Assembly (NCBI GenBank): GCA_963833575.1
Contig: CAWHXY010000004.1
Span: forward strand, 96,001 to 160,000
Source of the DNA: Candidatus Bathyarchaeota archaeon
GTDB lineage: Archaea; Thermoproteota; Bathyarchaeia; Bathyarchaeales; Bathycorpusculaceae
Reading direction: 5' to 3'
Length of the DNA: 64,000 nt
Under the pieces are notes generated by a model, which was given only the letters and a program-made list of their open reading frames with translations, was not told where the DNA came from and did no database searches. The translations under genes were made by a program, and so were the position numbers. Position 1 is the first letter of the stretch. Each line of letters starts with the position of its first letter. This document shows positions 1-10,129 of this stretch, piece after piece.

Positions 1-1
1 T

Positions 2-451
2 ATCTGGTTAAGATGCGGCATTGTGGGGGATGACACAGACGGACATGTTGATGACCTCGCACGTTTCGTTAACCCTACAACAATTGTTTGTGCCTTTGAA
101 GAAAGTAGTGATGAGAATACAGAAGCTCTCAGAAAAAATTATGAAATACTGTGTCAATCAACCGATCAAGATGGCAAAAAACTAAAGATCGTCAAGCTCC
201 CTATGCCTGGAAACATCGAATGCAACAAAAAAAGGCTCCCAGCAAGCTACACAAACTTTTACATTGGAAACAAAACGGTTTTGGTTCCAACTTTCGATAG
301 CGAAAATGACAAAAAAGCGTTATCTATTCTTCAGAAGCTGTTCCCAAAAAGAAAAGTTGTGGGCATAGATTGCGTGGACTTGATATGTGGTTTTGGAGCA
401 ATTCACTGTATCTCACAACAGCAACCTAGTTCCGAATACGCTGCAAATTAA
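2..451 (+). CDS. aguA: Agmatine deiminase (PAD/porphyromonas-type), 5'-partial at window edge
   Basis: GDDTDGHVDDLARF, PASYTNFYIGN and C-terminal GAIHCISQQQP motifs; frame open from nt 2. Confidence 0.92.
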   Translation: MWLRCGIVGDDTDGHVDDLARFVNPTTIVCAFEESSDENTEALRKNYEILCQSTDQDGKKLKIVKLPMPGNIECNKKRLPASYTNFYIGNKTVLVPTFDSENDKKALSILQKLFPKRKVVGIDCVDLICGFGAIHCISQQQPSSEYAAN

Positions 452-834
452 GGGTAAAATTTTTCAGTCAAAATAATTCTGAGTGCACCAATATCTGAGA
501 AACGGTGATTAATGGAGTTTGATGGAGGATTAGCTTTTTCAAAAGAACTAAACCACTTCAAATTATCGTTAACAACCTTTTCAATTTGAGTATAGTCTTT
601 AATGCCTGCGGAATTAAGGTCACTTAAGAGCAGGTTTATCCATTTTTTGTTTTCGTTATGTTCTCTGTCTGGAAATTTCCATTGTAAATAGGCCGTGATT
701 GTTTTGTAATTGAGCTCTGCGCTAAGATTAATTGTGTCTTCAGGTGCAGACTCATTTGCAACTTTGGAGTCAATTACAATAGGTGTTTGTTCTTTGAATG
801 TTTTGTAGTTAGATAAATCCATTGTTTTTAACAT
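448..834 (-). CDS. Hypothetical protein; helical domain reminiscent of the C-terminal region of some RelA/SpoT-domain proteins
   Basis: 128-aa ORF, GAGGT RBS upstream; resemblance recalled, not searched. Confidence 0.5.
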   Translation of the reverse strand: MLKTMDLSNYKTFKEQTPIVIDSKVANESAPEDTINLSAELNYKTITAYLQWKFPDREHNENKKWINLLLSDLNSAGIKDYTQIEKVVNDNLKWFSSFEKANPPSNSINHRFSDIGALRIILTEKFYP

Positions 835-1054
835 TCAACATTACCTCGCATTTTTTACCCAATATATTGAGTAGTAATATATAAGATTATAAATGCTTCA
901 TTCACCAATTTTCTTTCAAGACCCAATTAAAATCAGTTGCCAGAAAAACTATCTGTTGAAAACCAAAAGTCATAAACGACAATTCATAGGAAAACAAATA
1001 TTGTTCATTTTCAAAGTCAATTAAAAAATAAGGCAAATTTGTCAAAAAGTAAGA

Positions 1055-1372
1055 CTAACCATATTTGGAGTACTTATTCTTCAAGCTTTCTTCTACTCTA
1101 AACCTAACAATTTCTTGTACCAAGTCAAGTGGAATAGGATCATCAAACGAAAACTGGATTGTACCCTTGCTTGTTTGATAAGGAGCCAATTGCGGACTAA
1201 AGGCTTCAATAGCTGAAATTTTCGGAAAGAATCCAATATGATTTTTGAATGCTGCAAACCAAACCAAGACTCCATTTTGTTTGAAGGCAGGCATTTGATA
1301 GCTAATTGTTTCTGTAGCTTCAGGTGCAGCTTCTCTGATGGTTTGTCTTAGCTGTTCTAAAATAATTTGCAC
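1055..1372 (-). CDS. DUF1801/YdhG-family protein; true N-terminus probably extends to about 1435
   Basis: AAPEATETISYQMPAF, FAAFKNHIGFFP, SKGTIQF; upstream in-frame KSIDEYISSFPKNV matches the family N-terminus. Confidence 0.9.
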   Translation of the reverse strand: MQIILEQLRQTIREAAPEATETISYQMPAFKQNGVLVWFAAFKNHIGFFPKISAIEAFSPQLAPYQTSKGTIQFSFDDPIPLDLVQEIVRFRVEESLKNKYSKYG

Positions 1373-1581
1373 GTTCTTAGGAAAAGAAGATATATATTCA
1401 TCTATCGATTTGAATTTCTGACTGGGCGCATTAATACCCCCTAAAAAAGCTATTTATTTTACTCTATTGCTTCCTTATATTTTTTTGGTGAAACTTTACC
1501 AATTCATAAAGTCTTCTCGCAGTGTTTAGTCAAATTGAGCCAAAATAATGTGACGACAAACTAAAGGATTAGGGGCTGTTT

Positions 1582-2192
1582 CTATAAGCCCGGTATGTTT
1601 GAGTCTACCAAGTTTATGTCCATACTGTAGGACTGCCCATCAACTGATGTAGGAGAAGTCATGACCATTTTTATGGGCCATTGAATGTTGTTATCTACAT
1701 AGTAAGCAGCGCTGATTCCCTGGCCATTGTATTCGTAGACAGTGCAACTTCTTGTTCCAAGGTTTGGCAAGGTTACTTGAGTGTTGTAAGTGTTATTCAG
1801 GGTTAAATCATCTGGAGGTTGGAAAGTCATATTTTCTCGGCTTACCCAAGTCGTCGTAGTGTTGTCTGTTGCCCCAAAGGGTGTTGACATGTTAAAACTA
1901 GTTAATACCTGAATGTGAGTTTCGTTGAAGTCAACGATCTCCAATTTTGCGTTAAAGGAAACTGTCATTGACAGGACGTGGCTTGACCTTCGTATGTAGC
2001 GTAGGCACCTTTTTTGATCCAGGATTGCGAAGTGTTTTGATTGCCTGACGGGTTTTGGTTAGTCATCAATAGGCCACTGGTTAAAGTTGCTGCTAGACCA
2101 ATGATTAAGACAGCAACTATGATTGCCCATAATTTCTTTTTGCTATGAGTAGCAATTTTTGCGTTTTGTTGGTTATTTTCCAATGGCATCAC
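1582..2192 (-). pseudogene. Membrane-anchored secreted protein split by a 1-nt frameshift (ORFs 1965-2192 and 1582-1968)
   Basis: N-part has a TM helix and WIKKGAYATYEG; adding one base near 1977 gives continuous QAT-x-LSMTVSFNAKLE. Confidence 0.6.
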
Positions 2193-2418
2193 TGTTTTTT
2201 GTATTAAATATTGATAAACAATATATTTCTTTTGGAGGGGTGATCAATTCAACGAATTGTACAGCACATCAGGGCACACGAAAAGTCTTTCAAAGTTTTA
2301 CTCCATGAAAGGGACGAGATCTTTCAGGAAATAAAGCTAATCATCAGAACCTGTAGAATAAATAAAATATAGACGATTTACAACTACAGCGACGATTTCG
2401 CGAAAGACGTTGTTCGAC

Positions 2419-2790
2419 TTATTCTTCTTCAAGGCTAGATATCTCTTGCATGGGGGCCTCGAAATATTTCAGCACACTTGAGCCTCGTTGAGTAACGGCG
2501 AAAACCACATATCGCTTTTTAACTGTTTGTTCTTCTACCAGGTCTTGCTTGATAAGAAAGCCTAAGGACTTTTTGAGTATGTTGCCGTTGAAGTTAGATT
2601 TTTGTATAATGTGTGACAGCTTCAGTGGACCAGTTTGCTCCAACGCTTTGAGGATGTCAATATATATTTCTAGTTTTGAACGTCTCATCTGCTTCGTCTC
2701 AATCTTCACCAGTTTCACAGGTGGTCTTTCCATTGAAAAACAGAACGTTTTTTTTATAAGCTTTTCCCATTCCCCGTTGTTTGATCCCAA
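2419..2790 (-). CDS. Winged-helix transcription regulator (archaeal HTH_45-like)
   Basis: MRRSKLEIYIDILKAL...LKLSHIIQKSN...VTQRG pattern; start may lie further downstream. Confidence 0.8.
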   Translation of the reverse strand: MGSNNGEWEKLIKKTFCFSMERPPVKLVKIETKQMRRSKLEIYIDILKALEQTGPLKLSHIIQKSNFNGNILKKSLGFLIKQDLVEEQTVKKRYVVFAVTQRGSSVLKYFEAPMQEISSLEEE

Positions 2791-2971
2791 TTAATTGTCA
2801 AATTCTGTATTTTAAATTAAAAATGAATCTGGGCTGTATACACATGGAAATAGTTTCAGGTACTTCTTTTCACGAATTGTTTGTGATTGTATCGCACCTA
2901 TCACTACTTCTTATATGCGATGCTTAACAATATAGAATTTAGTTGCTCTTAAAAGTCAGGAGTGAGTTGCC

Positions 2972-3250
2972 GTGACAAAAAGAAGCATTCAGGAAATAAA
3001 TTTCCCCTCTGACCAAGAGCGCAAGAGCGAAGTAGTTGCTCATAAAAAACACATGCCTATTATCAGATGTGAATGCGGCTACGAAATTTTAGTGCTACCT
3101 GATTTGAAAGCCATGAATTTTGCCATAAATAAACATGTAGCTGATCATAGAAAAGCAAATGATGGCTCAGAAAAATTGACGGAGTTCTTGACAGAACAAG
3201 TTATGATTTTGGCAAGCAAAATGAATCAGCCAAGTGTAAATCAGTCGTAA
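2972..3250 (+). CDS. Small Zn-binding protein (CxCG...HxxxH)
   Basis: IRCECGYEILVLPDLKAMNFAINKHVADH; divergent from the wHTH gene. Confidence 0.7.
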   Translation: MTKRSIQEINFPSDQERKSEVVAHKKHMPIIRCECGYEILVLPDLKAMNFAINKHVADHRKANDGSEKLTEFLTEQVMILASKMNQPSVNQS

Positions 3251-3341
3251 ACAATCTACAAGACTTCTCAAAATTTTACCGCTTGGAAGAAACGAGGGCA
3301 TTTATTAGGAAATGAGCTGTAGCATTTAAGTAACGAAATAG

Positions 3342-6300
3342 TTAGGTTGAGATTTCGAATGGCGCCATGACTGGGTAATTGTCTGTATTGTTTGCATATA
3401 CTAAGTACGAGGTGTCGCCGATGCCATCGTGATTTGTGTCTGTTCCATTGTAGTCGCTCCAATAGTTGCCTTTTGCACCATTATCCCATGAGTTTTCTCC
3501 CATTATCATTTGACTGGAATTTTGAGGTGAAGGTTCGCCTATAGCGGTAACTGAACTTTTGTTGTTGATGAAGTTGTTGAAGTAGAAAGTGTTCCCACTA
3601 ATAATGCTTGAACTCTCTGAACCACCGCTGTTGAAGCCTATAGAGATGCCTTTGGAGTTTGATTCTATTGTGTTTCCTATTATCATGTTGCCGGTTGATG
3701 GAAGTGTAACCAAAGATGTAGGCCACACAATATCTGTATTGGAAGTTGGGTCAGGGGACAGTGTCCAAACTGCTTGATCCAAACTCATGCCCTCGTCGTT
3801 GCCTACCACATTGTTTTGGCTTAGGGCATTGTAGGATGAGGATAGAAGCCGAATTCCTGTGCCGTTACTCTGCAGGGTATTGCCCGTTACAGTGCAGTTA
3901 TTTGTGTAGGCAAGTAGCACACCACCAGAGTTGCTATTAAGGGTGAGGTTTTGAACGGTTATGTTAGTGCAGTTAACGAGTATAACGTCGGCGGTGTTTG
4001 AAGGCACAGTTTTGTCACTTTGTCCAACCCAGTATATTATGGGTTTACCATTTACGGTGTTTGAGGCATCAACATCGTTCGTATAGTATTGAGGCTTGCT
4101 TTGAATTTGACTGTCGATAATGACATTTCCATTCATTGTTCCATAATAAACGCTTTCATCATCGAAGCCATAATTATTACCAACTAGTTTGTTGTCTCTT
4201 AATGTGTTACCAGTTGACGAGGAGGACAACTGAATTCCTAATTCAGTGTTGTTTGACAAAGTATTGCCAATTAAGGAGTTATTTTGACTCTCAGAAATCG
4301 TTATGCCTCCTTGACCAAAGCTAACTGTGTTCTCAATTATGCTGCAGTTGCTTGCATAATTCAAGGAAATGCCCATCGTGCTGTTAGTCACTGTGTTTCC
4401 GGTCAAAGTATCGTTCTGGGTACCGCTGAAACCTGTGCCCAATTCAACGCCATATTTGCTCCCGGCAATTGTGTTGTCGGCTATGTCAGTGTTGTTTACA
4501 GAGTTAACTAAGATACCCCATGTATTATCTGTCAAGGTGTTTTGGGTTATGACGTGTGAACTGGAAAGCGGGTACATGGAGTAACCACCATCTGTACCTG
4601 GCGGGAAAAATGAAAAGTCTTGAACGAAAGGAGAGTTAAAAAAGACATCGTTAAAGTCAATTTCGATGCCGCATGTGCTGTTTGTGATGTAGTTTTGAGC
4701 TACGGAAATTCCGTTGCTTTGTCCGTGGATTTGGATGCTTTGGTTATTTCCTGTTAGACTGTTTTGAATTATTGTGTCGCCTGAGGAATTAGTGAACTCG
4801 ACGGCAACATTGTTACCGTTTATGTTGTTTCCAATCAAAGTGTTATTGTTGCAGTTTAACGTGAATTGCATGCCGTGATCGATGTTTGTGTTAACGGTGT
4901 TTTCAGAGATTGTGTTGAAACTGGAGGAGGTAAAGTAGCCGCCGTACTGGTTGTTTGACAGAACGTTATTTGCGATGTTGTTGTCTTTGCAGTCAGACAA
5001 AGTGATGCCCTGAGTACAGTTGACAACGGTGTTTTCACGGATGCTGTTGCCACTTGAGGAGTTTTCCAGCTCGATACCGCAATAGTTACTGTTAATTTGG
5101 TTATTGCTTACCGTTGAGTTTGTGCTTGATGATAGGACTATGCTTTGCCAGTTGTTCGCCAATTCTAGGTTTTGAACCGCTATAGCTGAGCAGTTGACTA
5201 ACGCCACATATCCTGCGTTTGAAGGCACCGCTTTGTTGTTCTGACCTATCCAGTAATAGATGGGTTTGCCATTTAGGGTATTGGAAGCACCAACGTAATT
5301 CAAAAGTCCCCCTTGAACCCAGAAATTGTATGTGTTGCCAGTTAAGCTGTTGTTTCTTAGGATGTTGCCTTCCGAGTTCATAAGTCGAAGGCCTTCGATG
5401 CTGTTTGCTACTTTGTTACCAATTAGAGTTGAGTTTTGAGTGTTTACAAGTAATATGCCGTTCCCATTATTGCTGAGGTTCAAGTTTTGTACGGTTATGC
5501 CTGTGCACTTCACTATTGCGAGATAGCCTATGTTGGGGTATGTAGATGGGTTAATGTTCAGGTTGGTATCGCCTATCAAGTAGGTCACTTTTTTGCCGTT
5601 AACTGTGTTTGACATATCAACATTGTTGATGAAGTGTGCGGACTCGTTGCCGTCGATACCCAAGTTGTAAATGTTGCCGTTCATGGCGTTATTTCTAAGT
5701 ATGTTGTTGCCAGAGCAGTTGAGATATATGCCATAATAATTGGCGGAGACCGTGTTATCAACTATGCTACAATTGCCCACGTTATCCAAGTAAATTCCTG
5801 CAGACGAGTTTTCCCCGCTATTCCTTATCGTGAAACTTGAAATAGTTACATTACTGCTGGTTATTTTGACGCCTGTTCCACTGGTGCATCCGTCAATTAT
5901 TGTTGTTGCTCTATTCTGACCAATGATTGATAGAGTTTTATTCACTACTAAATTTTCATGGTAAACTCCCGGCTTGACAGAGATAACATCGCCATCAGAA
6001 GTTGCACCCGAGTTTATGGCATCTTGGATAGTTGGATACCCAAATGTTGTGTCCAGGTTCCTAACCGGGAAAGTGGCGGATGCATTGCCGCTTGTCCATT
6101 GAATTACTTTGGAATAGGTACTTTTTACGGCATTGTTGAATGAGGGATCATTGTAAACAATGTCTAGTTTCGAACCGTACTTGCCTAAGTATCCGTTAAC
6201 ATCAGACCACAAAATCTGAGACCATGTATCCCCGCTGAATATTCCCCAAACATTATCTTGTAAGTTGCGGAAACCAAAGCCGTAGGCTTGAGGAAGAACC

Positions 6301-7322
6301 AAAGCTACATCAGCTTTGAGGCTTCCGTGTTTTCCAGGATTATTCTGCGTGTAGTTCCAGAAGTTTTTGAGGGCATCAAAATGTTCGTCAGTCAATATGC
6401 CATATTCATATGGTTGGTATTGCTCTTTTGGATATGAATTGGTATCGGCGTAGTCAAATACTACTGCATATTTTGCGCCTGAATTGTAACTAAAAACCAG
6501 ATCATCATAAAGTTTTGTCCCCGATTCCATAAGTGAAGCTGGCGAATGCGTAACAATGACACCCCAATCTTTCTTCTGAGCGGTAGCAGCTCCTCGGCAA
6601 AGCGACACTTGCAGCTGTTGACTATTGTTCAATCCTAGTTCAGCAAGAACCGCATCGTACCCTGCTTTGTAGTCAAACCAGTATAGACCGTAATCTGCAG
6701 TGTAGGTCATTATGCTCGAGTTCAAGTAGGGTAGAATCCGTTCGTTGACTCCATTAACGTAAGCAGTTGAAGTGCTCAAGTAAGTTTGCTCAATGTCTTG
6801 TTCCAAGTTTACTGTTCTTTGTCCGCCGCCGTCAAGCTGGATTCCGCCCGGCTCATCCAAAACGTATGCGCCTAAGAAGCGGTCACCATATTTTGCCATT
6901 GAACTGTTGAGCCAAGCCATAGGCAAATTTGACAGATAATATCCGTCGTTTACAATCGTGCCATTTGCAAGAGTATACGAATTTGAAATGTTTTCTCCTA
7001 GATCTTGGTAAGAGTGGATAGGTGAGAAATACACTGAGAAATATAATCCCGCATTGTAGGCATAGTCGGATACTTCGCTAAGTAGAGATGAATTATCTAT
7101 TATGTCAGTTGAGCTGATGATGAAGAGGTTCGTGTAATTCTTGACTTTATCAATTACTGCTTCGCATAACGTAACGTTATTGTAGCCACATTCAACCCCC
7201 ACATAAAACGGTGAAGATGAATCGTTTATCTTAGGTAGGAAAAAAGTTTCTTTTGCGAAGAAAAGAGATGGAACTAGAATTGCGAAAAGTACAACAGTTA
7301 TTAGGATATTTCGGCGCCTCAA
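3342..7322 (-). CDS. Large surface protein: TM anchor, putative TIM-barrel/glycoside-hydrolase-like domain, NosD/CASH parallel beta-helix repeats
   Basis: N-terminal hydrophobic helix; LDEPGG motif; YPTIQDAIN...GVYHENLVVNK; many GI-x-L-xx-S-xx-N repeats; GNYWSDYNGTDxNxDGIGDT end. Confidence 0.85.
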   Translation of the reverse strand: MRRRNILITVVLFAILVPSLFFAKETFFLPKINDSSSPFYVGVECGYNNVTLCEAVIDKVKNYTNLFIISSTDIIDNSSLLSEVSDYAYNAGLYFSVYFSPIHSYQDLGENISNSYTLANGTIVNDGYYLSNLPMAWLNSSMAKYGDRFLGAYVLDEPGGIQLDGGGQRTVNLEQDIEQTYLSTSTAYVNGVNERILPYLNSSIMTYTADYGLYWFDYKAGYDAVLAELGLNNSQQLQVSLCRGAATAQKKDWGVIVTHSPASLMESGTKLYDDLVFSYNSGAKYAVVFDYADTNSYPKEQYQPYEYGILTDEHFDALKNFWNYTQNNPGKHGSLKADVALVLPQAYGFGFRNLQDNVWGIFSGDTWSQILWSDVNGYLGKYGSKLDIVYNDPSFNNAVKSTYSKVIQWTSGNASATFPVRNLDTTFGYPTIQDAINSGATSDGDVISVKPGVYHENLVVNKTLSIIGQNRATTIIDGCTSGTGVKITSSNVTISSFTIRNSGENSSAGIYLDNVGNCSIVDNTVSANYYGIYLNCSGNNILRNNAMNGNIYNLGIDGNESAHFINNVDMSNTVNGKKVTYLIGDTNLNINPSTYPNIGYLAIVKCTGITVQNLNLSNNGNGILLVNTQNSTLIGNKVANSIEGLRLMNSEGNILRNNSLTGNTYNFWVQGGLLNYVGASNTLNGKPIYYWIGQNNKAVPSNAGYVALVNCSAIAVQNLELANNWQSIVLSSSTNSTVSNNQINSNYCGIELENSSSGNSIRENTVVNCTQGITLSDCKDNNIANNVLSNNQYGGYFTSSSFNTISENTVNTNIDHGMQFTLNCNNNTLIGNNINGNNVAVEFTNSSGDTIIQNSLTGNNQSIQIHGQSNGISVAQNYITNSTCGIEIDFNDVFFNSPFVQDFSFFPPGTDGGYSMYPLSSSHVITQNTLTDNTWGILVNSVNNTDIADNTIAGSKYGVELGTGFSGTQNDTLTGNTVTNSTMGISLNYASNCSIIENTVSFGQGGITISESQNNSLIGNTLSNNTELGIQLSSSSTGNTLRDNKLVGNNYGFDDESVYYGTMNGNVIIDSQIQSKPQYYTNDVDASNTVNGKPIIYWVGQSDKTVPSNTADVILVNCTNITVQNLTLNSNSGGVLLAYTNNCTVTGNTLQSNGTGIRLLSSSYNALSQNNVVGNDEGMSLDQAVWTLSPDPTSNTDIVWPTSLVTLPSTGNMIIGNTIESNSKGISIGFNSGGSESSSIISGNTFYFNNFINNKSSVTAIGEPSPQNSSQMIMGENSWDNGAKGNYWSDYNGTDTNHDGIGDTSYLVYANNTDNYPVMAPFEIST

Positions 7323-7489
7323 AATCGCCTATCCTCTGAAGATCTAAATTCCATTTTCACGTGATCACTGAGCAATCAGATAAACCTTGATTTCTTAATA
7401 AAAGTAACCAATATAGTCTAGTGTCAAGTAGGGATTGAGAAATGTCATTGCCAAATCTTTTTGAACGATCAGCGGGCTGTAAATATGTC

Positions 7490-7768
7490 CTATGATTGAA
7501 AAGGAACTGTAAGCATGAACTCAATGAGCCAAGAAACCCACGATTCGAAAGATGAATCAGCTTCAGCTATGTTAATGTAACTTTCATTCTTAACACCAAA
7601 AAAATCTTACGCAACTCCAACACTAAACAAAATCCAGAAGGTATCAGATAGACAAACAACTTGCTTAACTGTAAAGAAATACGCTATTGAACAAATGCCT
7701 AACGCCACAAAAAAAGCAACAATCACTACTTAAATTGCAAAGTTGGCTTTCAACCTTTTTAAGTACAT
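7490..7768 (-). pseudogene. Decayed membrane-anchored protein gene
   Basis: ATG at 7768; MYLKRLKANFAI*VVIVAFFVALGICSIAYFF... with two internal TAA stops in one 93-codon frame. Confidence 0.35.
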
Positions 7769-7912
7769 TTTTAACCCAAATTGAGGGTTATTTTTCTTTA
7801 ACATAGCTTTGTTGTAACTAGTATTCTTTCCTGGTCATCTTTCTTGAATGCAGCTAGCATTTAGATGTTAGTTAAACTTGAGAAAATTAATTGTGTATAG
7901 CCTGAAACGATT

Positions 7913-7934
7913 TGGCTCCTTACGGGATTTGAAC
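7913..7934 (-). other. Degenerate tRNA 3'-end fragment (possible att remnant)
   Basis: GGGATTTGAAC at 7924-7934 is identical to the tRNA T-arm at 9028-9038 and preceded by TGGC, as in the tRNA 3' end. Confidence 0.4.
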
Positions 7935-8119
7935 ACACAATCCAGTATGTTAGTTTGAAAATGACGAGACGAGCTCACGAAAAAAAATATTTTTAAAGAG
8001 CATTATGGGTTTGCTGAGGCTCTAGTAAGCTTATATGAAAAAATAATGGATCTCGAGTTATTTATTTTCAAAAATGGGTTAATCCGTGTCTGTTCTTTAG
8101 TCTGACTTGACAAGCAGCT

Positions 8120-8449
8120 TTACTCTTTGAGTCCGCTTAATTTCTTGTTGAGTTCATCATATATTAGACGTTTTTTTTCTTCACTCAGATGAAGAATAAC
8201 TTTTGAAGCCATTTCAATTGAGATGGTAAAGATATAGTTTAGTTTTATTACACTGTCTTTTAATGCGCCTTCACTCTTGGATAGCGGTATTCCTTTCATT
8301 CTAAGATTGCTGGTTATACCGGCTATGACAACGTTTCCTAATTCTTCGAAAAGGACTACCGCGGGTCTAGTCTTCACTTCAGCGACGTCTGTGAACTGCA
8401 CATTTGCCAGTATGACGTCTCCAGGCTTAAGCATGTTCCCACGCCTCAT
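8120..8449 (-). CDS. mazF: PemK/MazF-family toxin (likely start ATG 8434)
   Basis: KPGDVILANVQFTD...KTRPAVVL...VVIAGITSN...SVIKLNYIFTI. Confidence 0.9.
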   Translation of the reverse strand: MRRGNMLKPGDVILANVQFTDVAEVKTRPAVVLFEELGNVVIAGITSNLRMKGIPLSKSEGALKDSVIKLNYIFTISIEMASKVILHLSEEKKRLIYDELNKKLSGLKE

Positions 8450-8654
8450 CTTCCTCGTTATCCCATAATTCCTTCATTTTCGCTTGTTGAATTGTATGAA
8501 TGAACTCGTCATATTGACTTCTCTTTTTAGATTCCTTGGCGATTTTTATTAAGTTAGAAATAGTTTCATTGTATGTTTCTCTTGGGTATTTTCTAATGCT
8601 TTTCAGTTCCTTAACTAATGATTTCTTAAGCTGTATTGTAGTAGCTTCTTTCAT
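8427..8654 (-). CDS. Cognate antitoxin (RHH-like N-terminus, acidic tail)
   Basis: TTIQLKKSLVKELK...ETYNETI; WDNEEDEAW tail; overlaps the toxin start. Confidence 0.8.
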   Translation of the reverse strand: MKEATTIQLKKSLVKELKSIRKYPRETYNETISNLIKIAKESKKRSQYDEFIHTIQQAKMKELWDNEEDEAWEHA

Positions 8655-8984
8655 TATGTATCTTCTATAATTAATATATAATTCATTATAATATCTTCTG
8701 GTTATGCTTTACATACTTTTCTTAAGATAACATCAACTGTTTTACAGAAATTTTAGCTTTCCAACGCATCAATAAGTTTTTTTGGTAAAATAGGGTTTGC
8801 TGAAACTCTTCTCTATTTAGAAGAAGAAAAAAACAACTTGGAACGTTAGAGAAATTATTTTGACTTATCACTGAAATGGTTCGAGTCTCTATATGGGAGG
8901 CGAACACTTTTGAGTTCAAGCCACATTATGGGTCCTGGAATCTTTCACAAGCCTTGAGCGCCTTTGTTATAGGTGAACTCGAAA

Positions 8985-9012
8985 GGATTCGTTTAATGTA
9001 TTAAGCGAATCC
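8985..9012. repeat. 28-bp imperfect palindrome just 3' of the tRNA
   Basis: GGATTCGTTTAA-TGTA-TTAAGCGAATCC, one mismatch between arms. Confidence 0.75.
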
Positions 9013-9014
9013 GA

Positions 9015-9092
9015 TGGCGGGCCCGATGGGATTTGAACCCATGACTTTCAGCTTAGAAGGCTGACGCGCTATCCGTACTGCGCCACGGGCCC
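9015..9092 (-). tRNA. tRNA-Arg(TCT), intronless, CCA encoded
   Basis: GGGCCCG/CGGGCCC acceptor stem, TCAGC-CTTCTAA-GCTGA anticodon arm, GGTTCAAATCC T-arm, GCCA end. Confidence 0.97.
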
Positions 9093-9182
9093 ACAACGGG
9101 CACTTTAATGAAACACTAATAAATATAATTTTACCTATCGCTTAACCTAAAAGAAGAATTTTGCGATGCAATTTTAATGGTG

Positions 9183-10016
9183 CTAGACTTTTTGTCCGCA
9201 TCGAGCGCAGTATAGTGCGTCTGGTTGGTTTGGTGCTCCACAGTTGCCGCAATATTTTATTTGTCCCGAAGTAGGCGTCACATTTTGTGTTGTTACTGCG
9301 GGGACTGGAGTTGCTGGTGCTTGTATTCTAAAATATGACATAGCTAAAAGTAACCAAGCTGCATCCTGCACTAAGCCTCCGACAACGAGAAGAGCTAACA
9401 AAGTGTTAAATGATATTGAAACGTAAAATGCAACTATCGCAAAAATTATTGCGATCACTACGTTGAGTAAGGCACCGGATAGCAACACTTTTGCGCCTGT
9501 TTTAAACAATGGCACTTTGGATTTATCGCCCAGCAAATTAAGCGAAAGGACATTGAATGCGATCCAAACTATTCCAACTATGCTGAAAACCGGCAAAGCT
9601 TCACTTACGATCTTAGACATTGAAGAAGTTATTTGGGTTGATGAGGCAGCTGAGGAGCCAGCGTTAGGGAATAAGTTGGTTAGATTGAGCAGAACAATTG
9701 CAACAAGAATAAGTCCTGCCGCAAAAGCTGCGACGATTGTGAATATGAGTCCGTTTAAGATATTGCTGAATATTTTAGGTTCTTTGTAGTCTTTTGAAAA
9801 ACCATACATCGCTATTAAAAATAGTATTAGGCCTACGAAAGTTAAAAGGCTAAAGAGGCCGCCTACGCCTGATAATATGGCGATTCCGATTGATTTTGGA
9901 AATGTTATTTGAAATAGAGAAGTAATCTGGCTGACAATACCGATTAAGAATAAGCAGGCGCTGATTCCGCCCAATGTCCTGTTGGATTCAATAGTCATAC
10001 CTCCACACTCCCTCAA
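9183..10016 (-). CDS. DUF996-like membrane protein with C-terminal zinc ribbon
   Basis: Several TM helices; CGNCG...CARCG. Confidence 0.8.
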   Translation of the reverse strand: MRECGGMTIESNRTLGGISACLFLIGIVSQITSLFQITFPKSIGIAILSGVGGLFSLLTFVGLILFLIAMYGFSKDYKEPKIFSNILNGLIFTIVAAFAAGLILVAIVLLNLTNLFPNAGSSAASSTQITSSMSKIVSEALPVFSIVGIVWIAFNVLSLNLLGDKSKVPLFKTGAKVLLSGALLNVVIAIIFAIVAFYVSISFNTLLALLVVGGLVQDAAWLLLAMSYFRIQAPATPVPAVTTQNVTPTSGQIKYCGNCGAPNQPDALYCARCGQKV

Positions 10017-10129
10017 TGTTATTAGGTAGCGATTAAGGGATAAATTTTATGCTAAAAAAGTTAAGTCGCGCCGATTGCCTTACCTTATTGTTTCTGAGTA
10101 ATTCCTACGGCCCAAACCTTTGCACTTTT

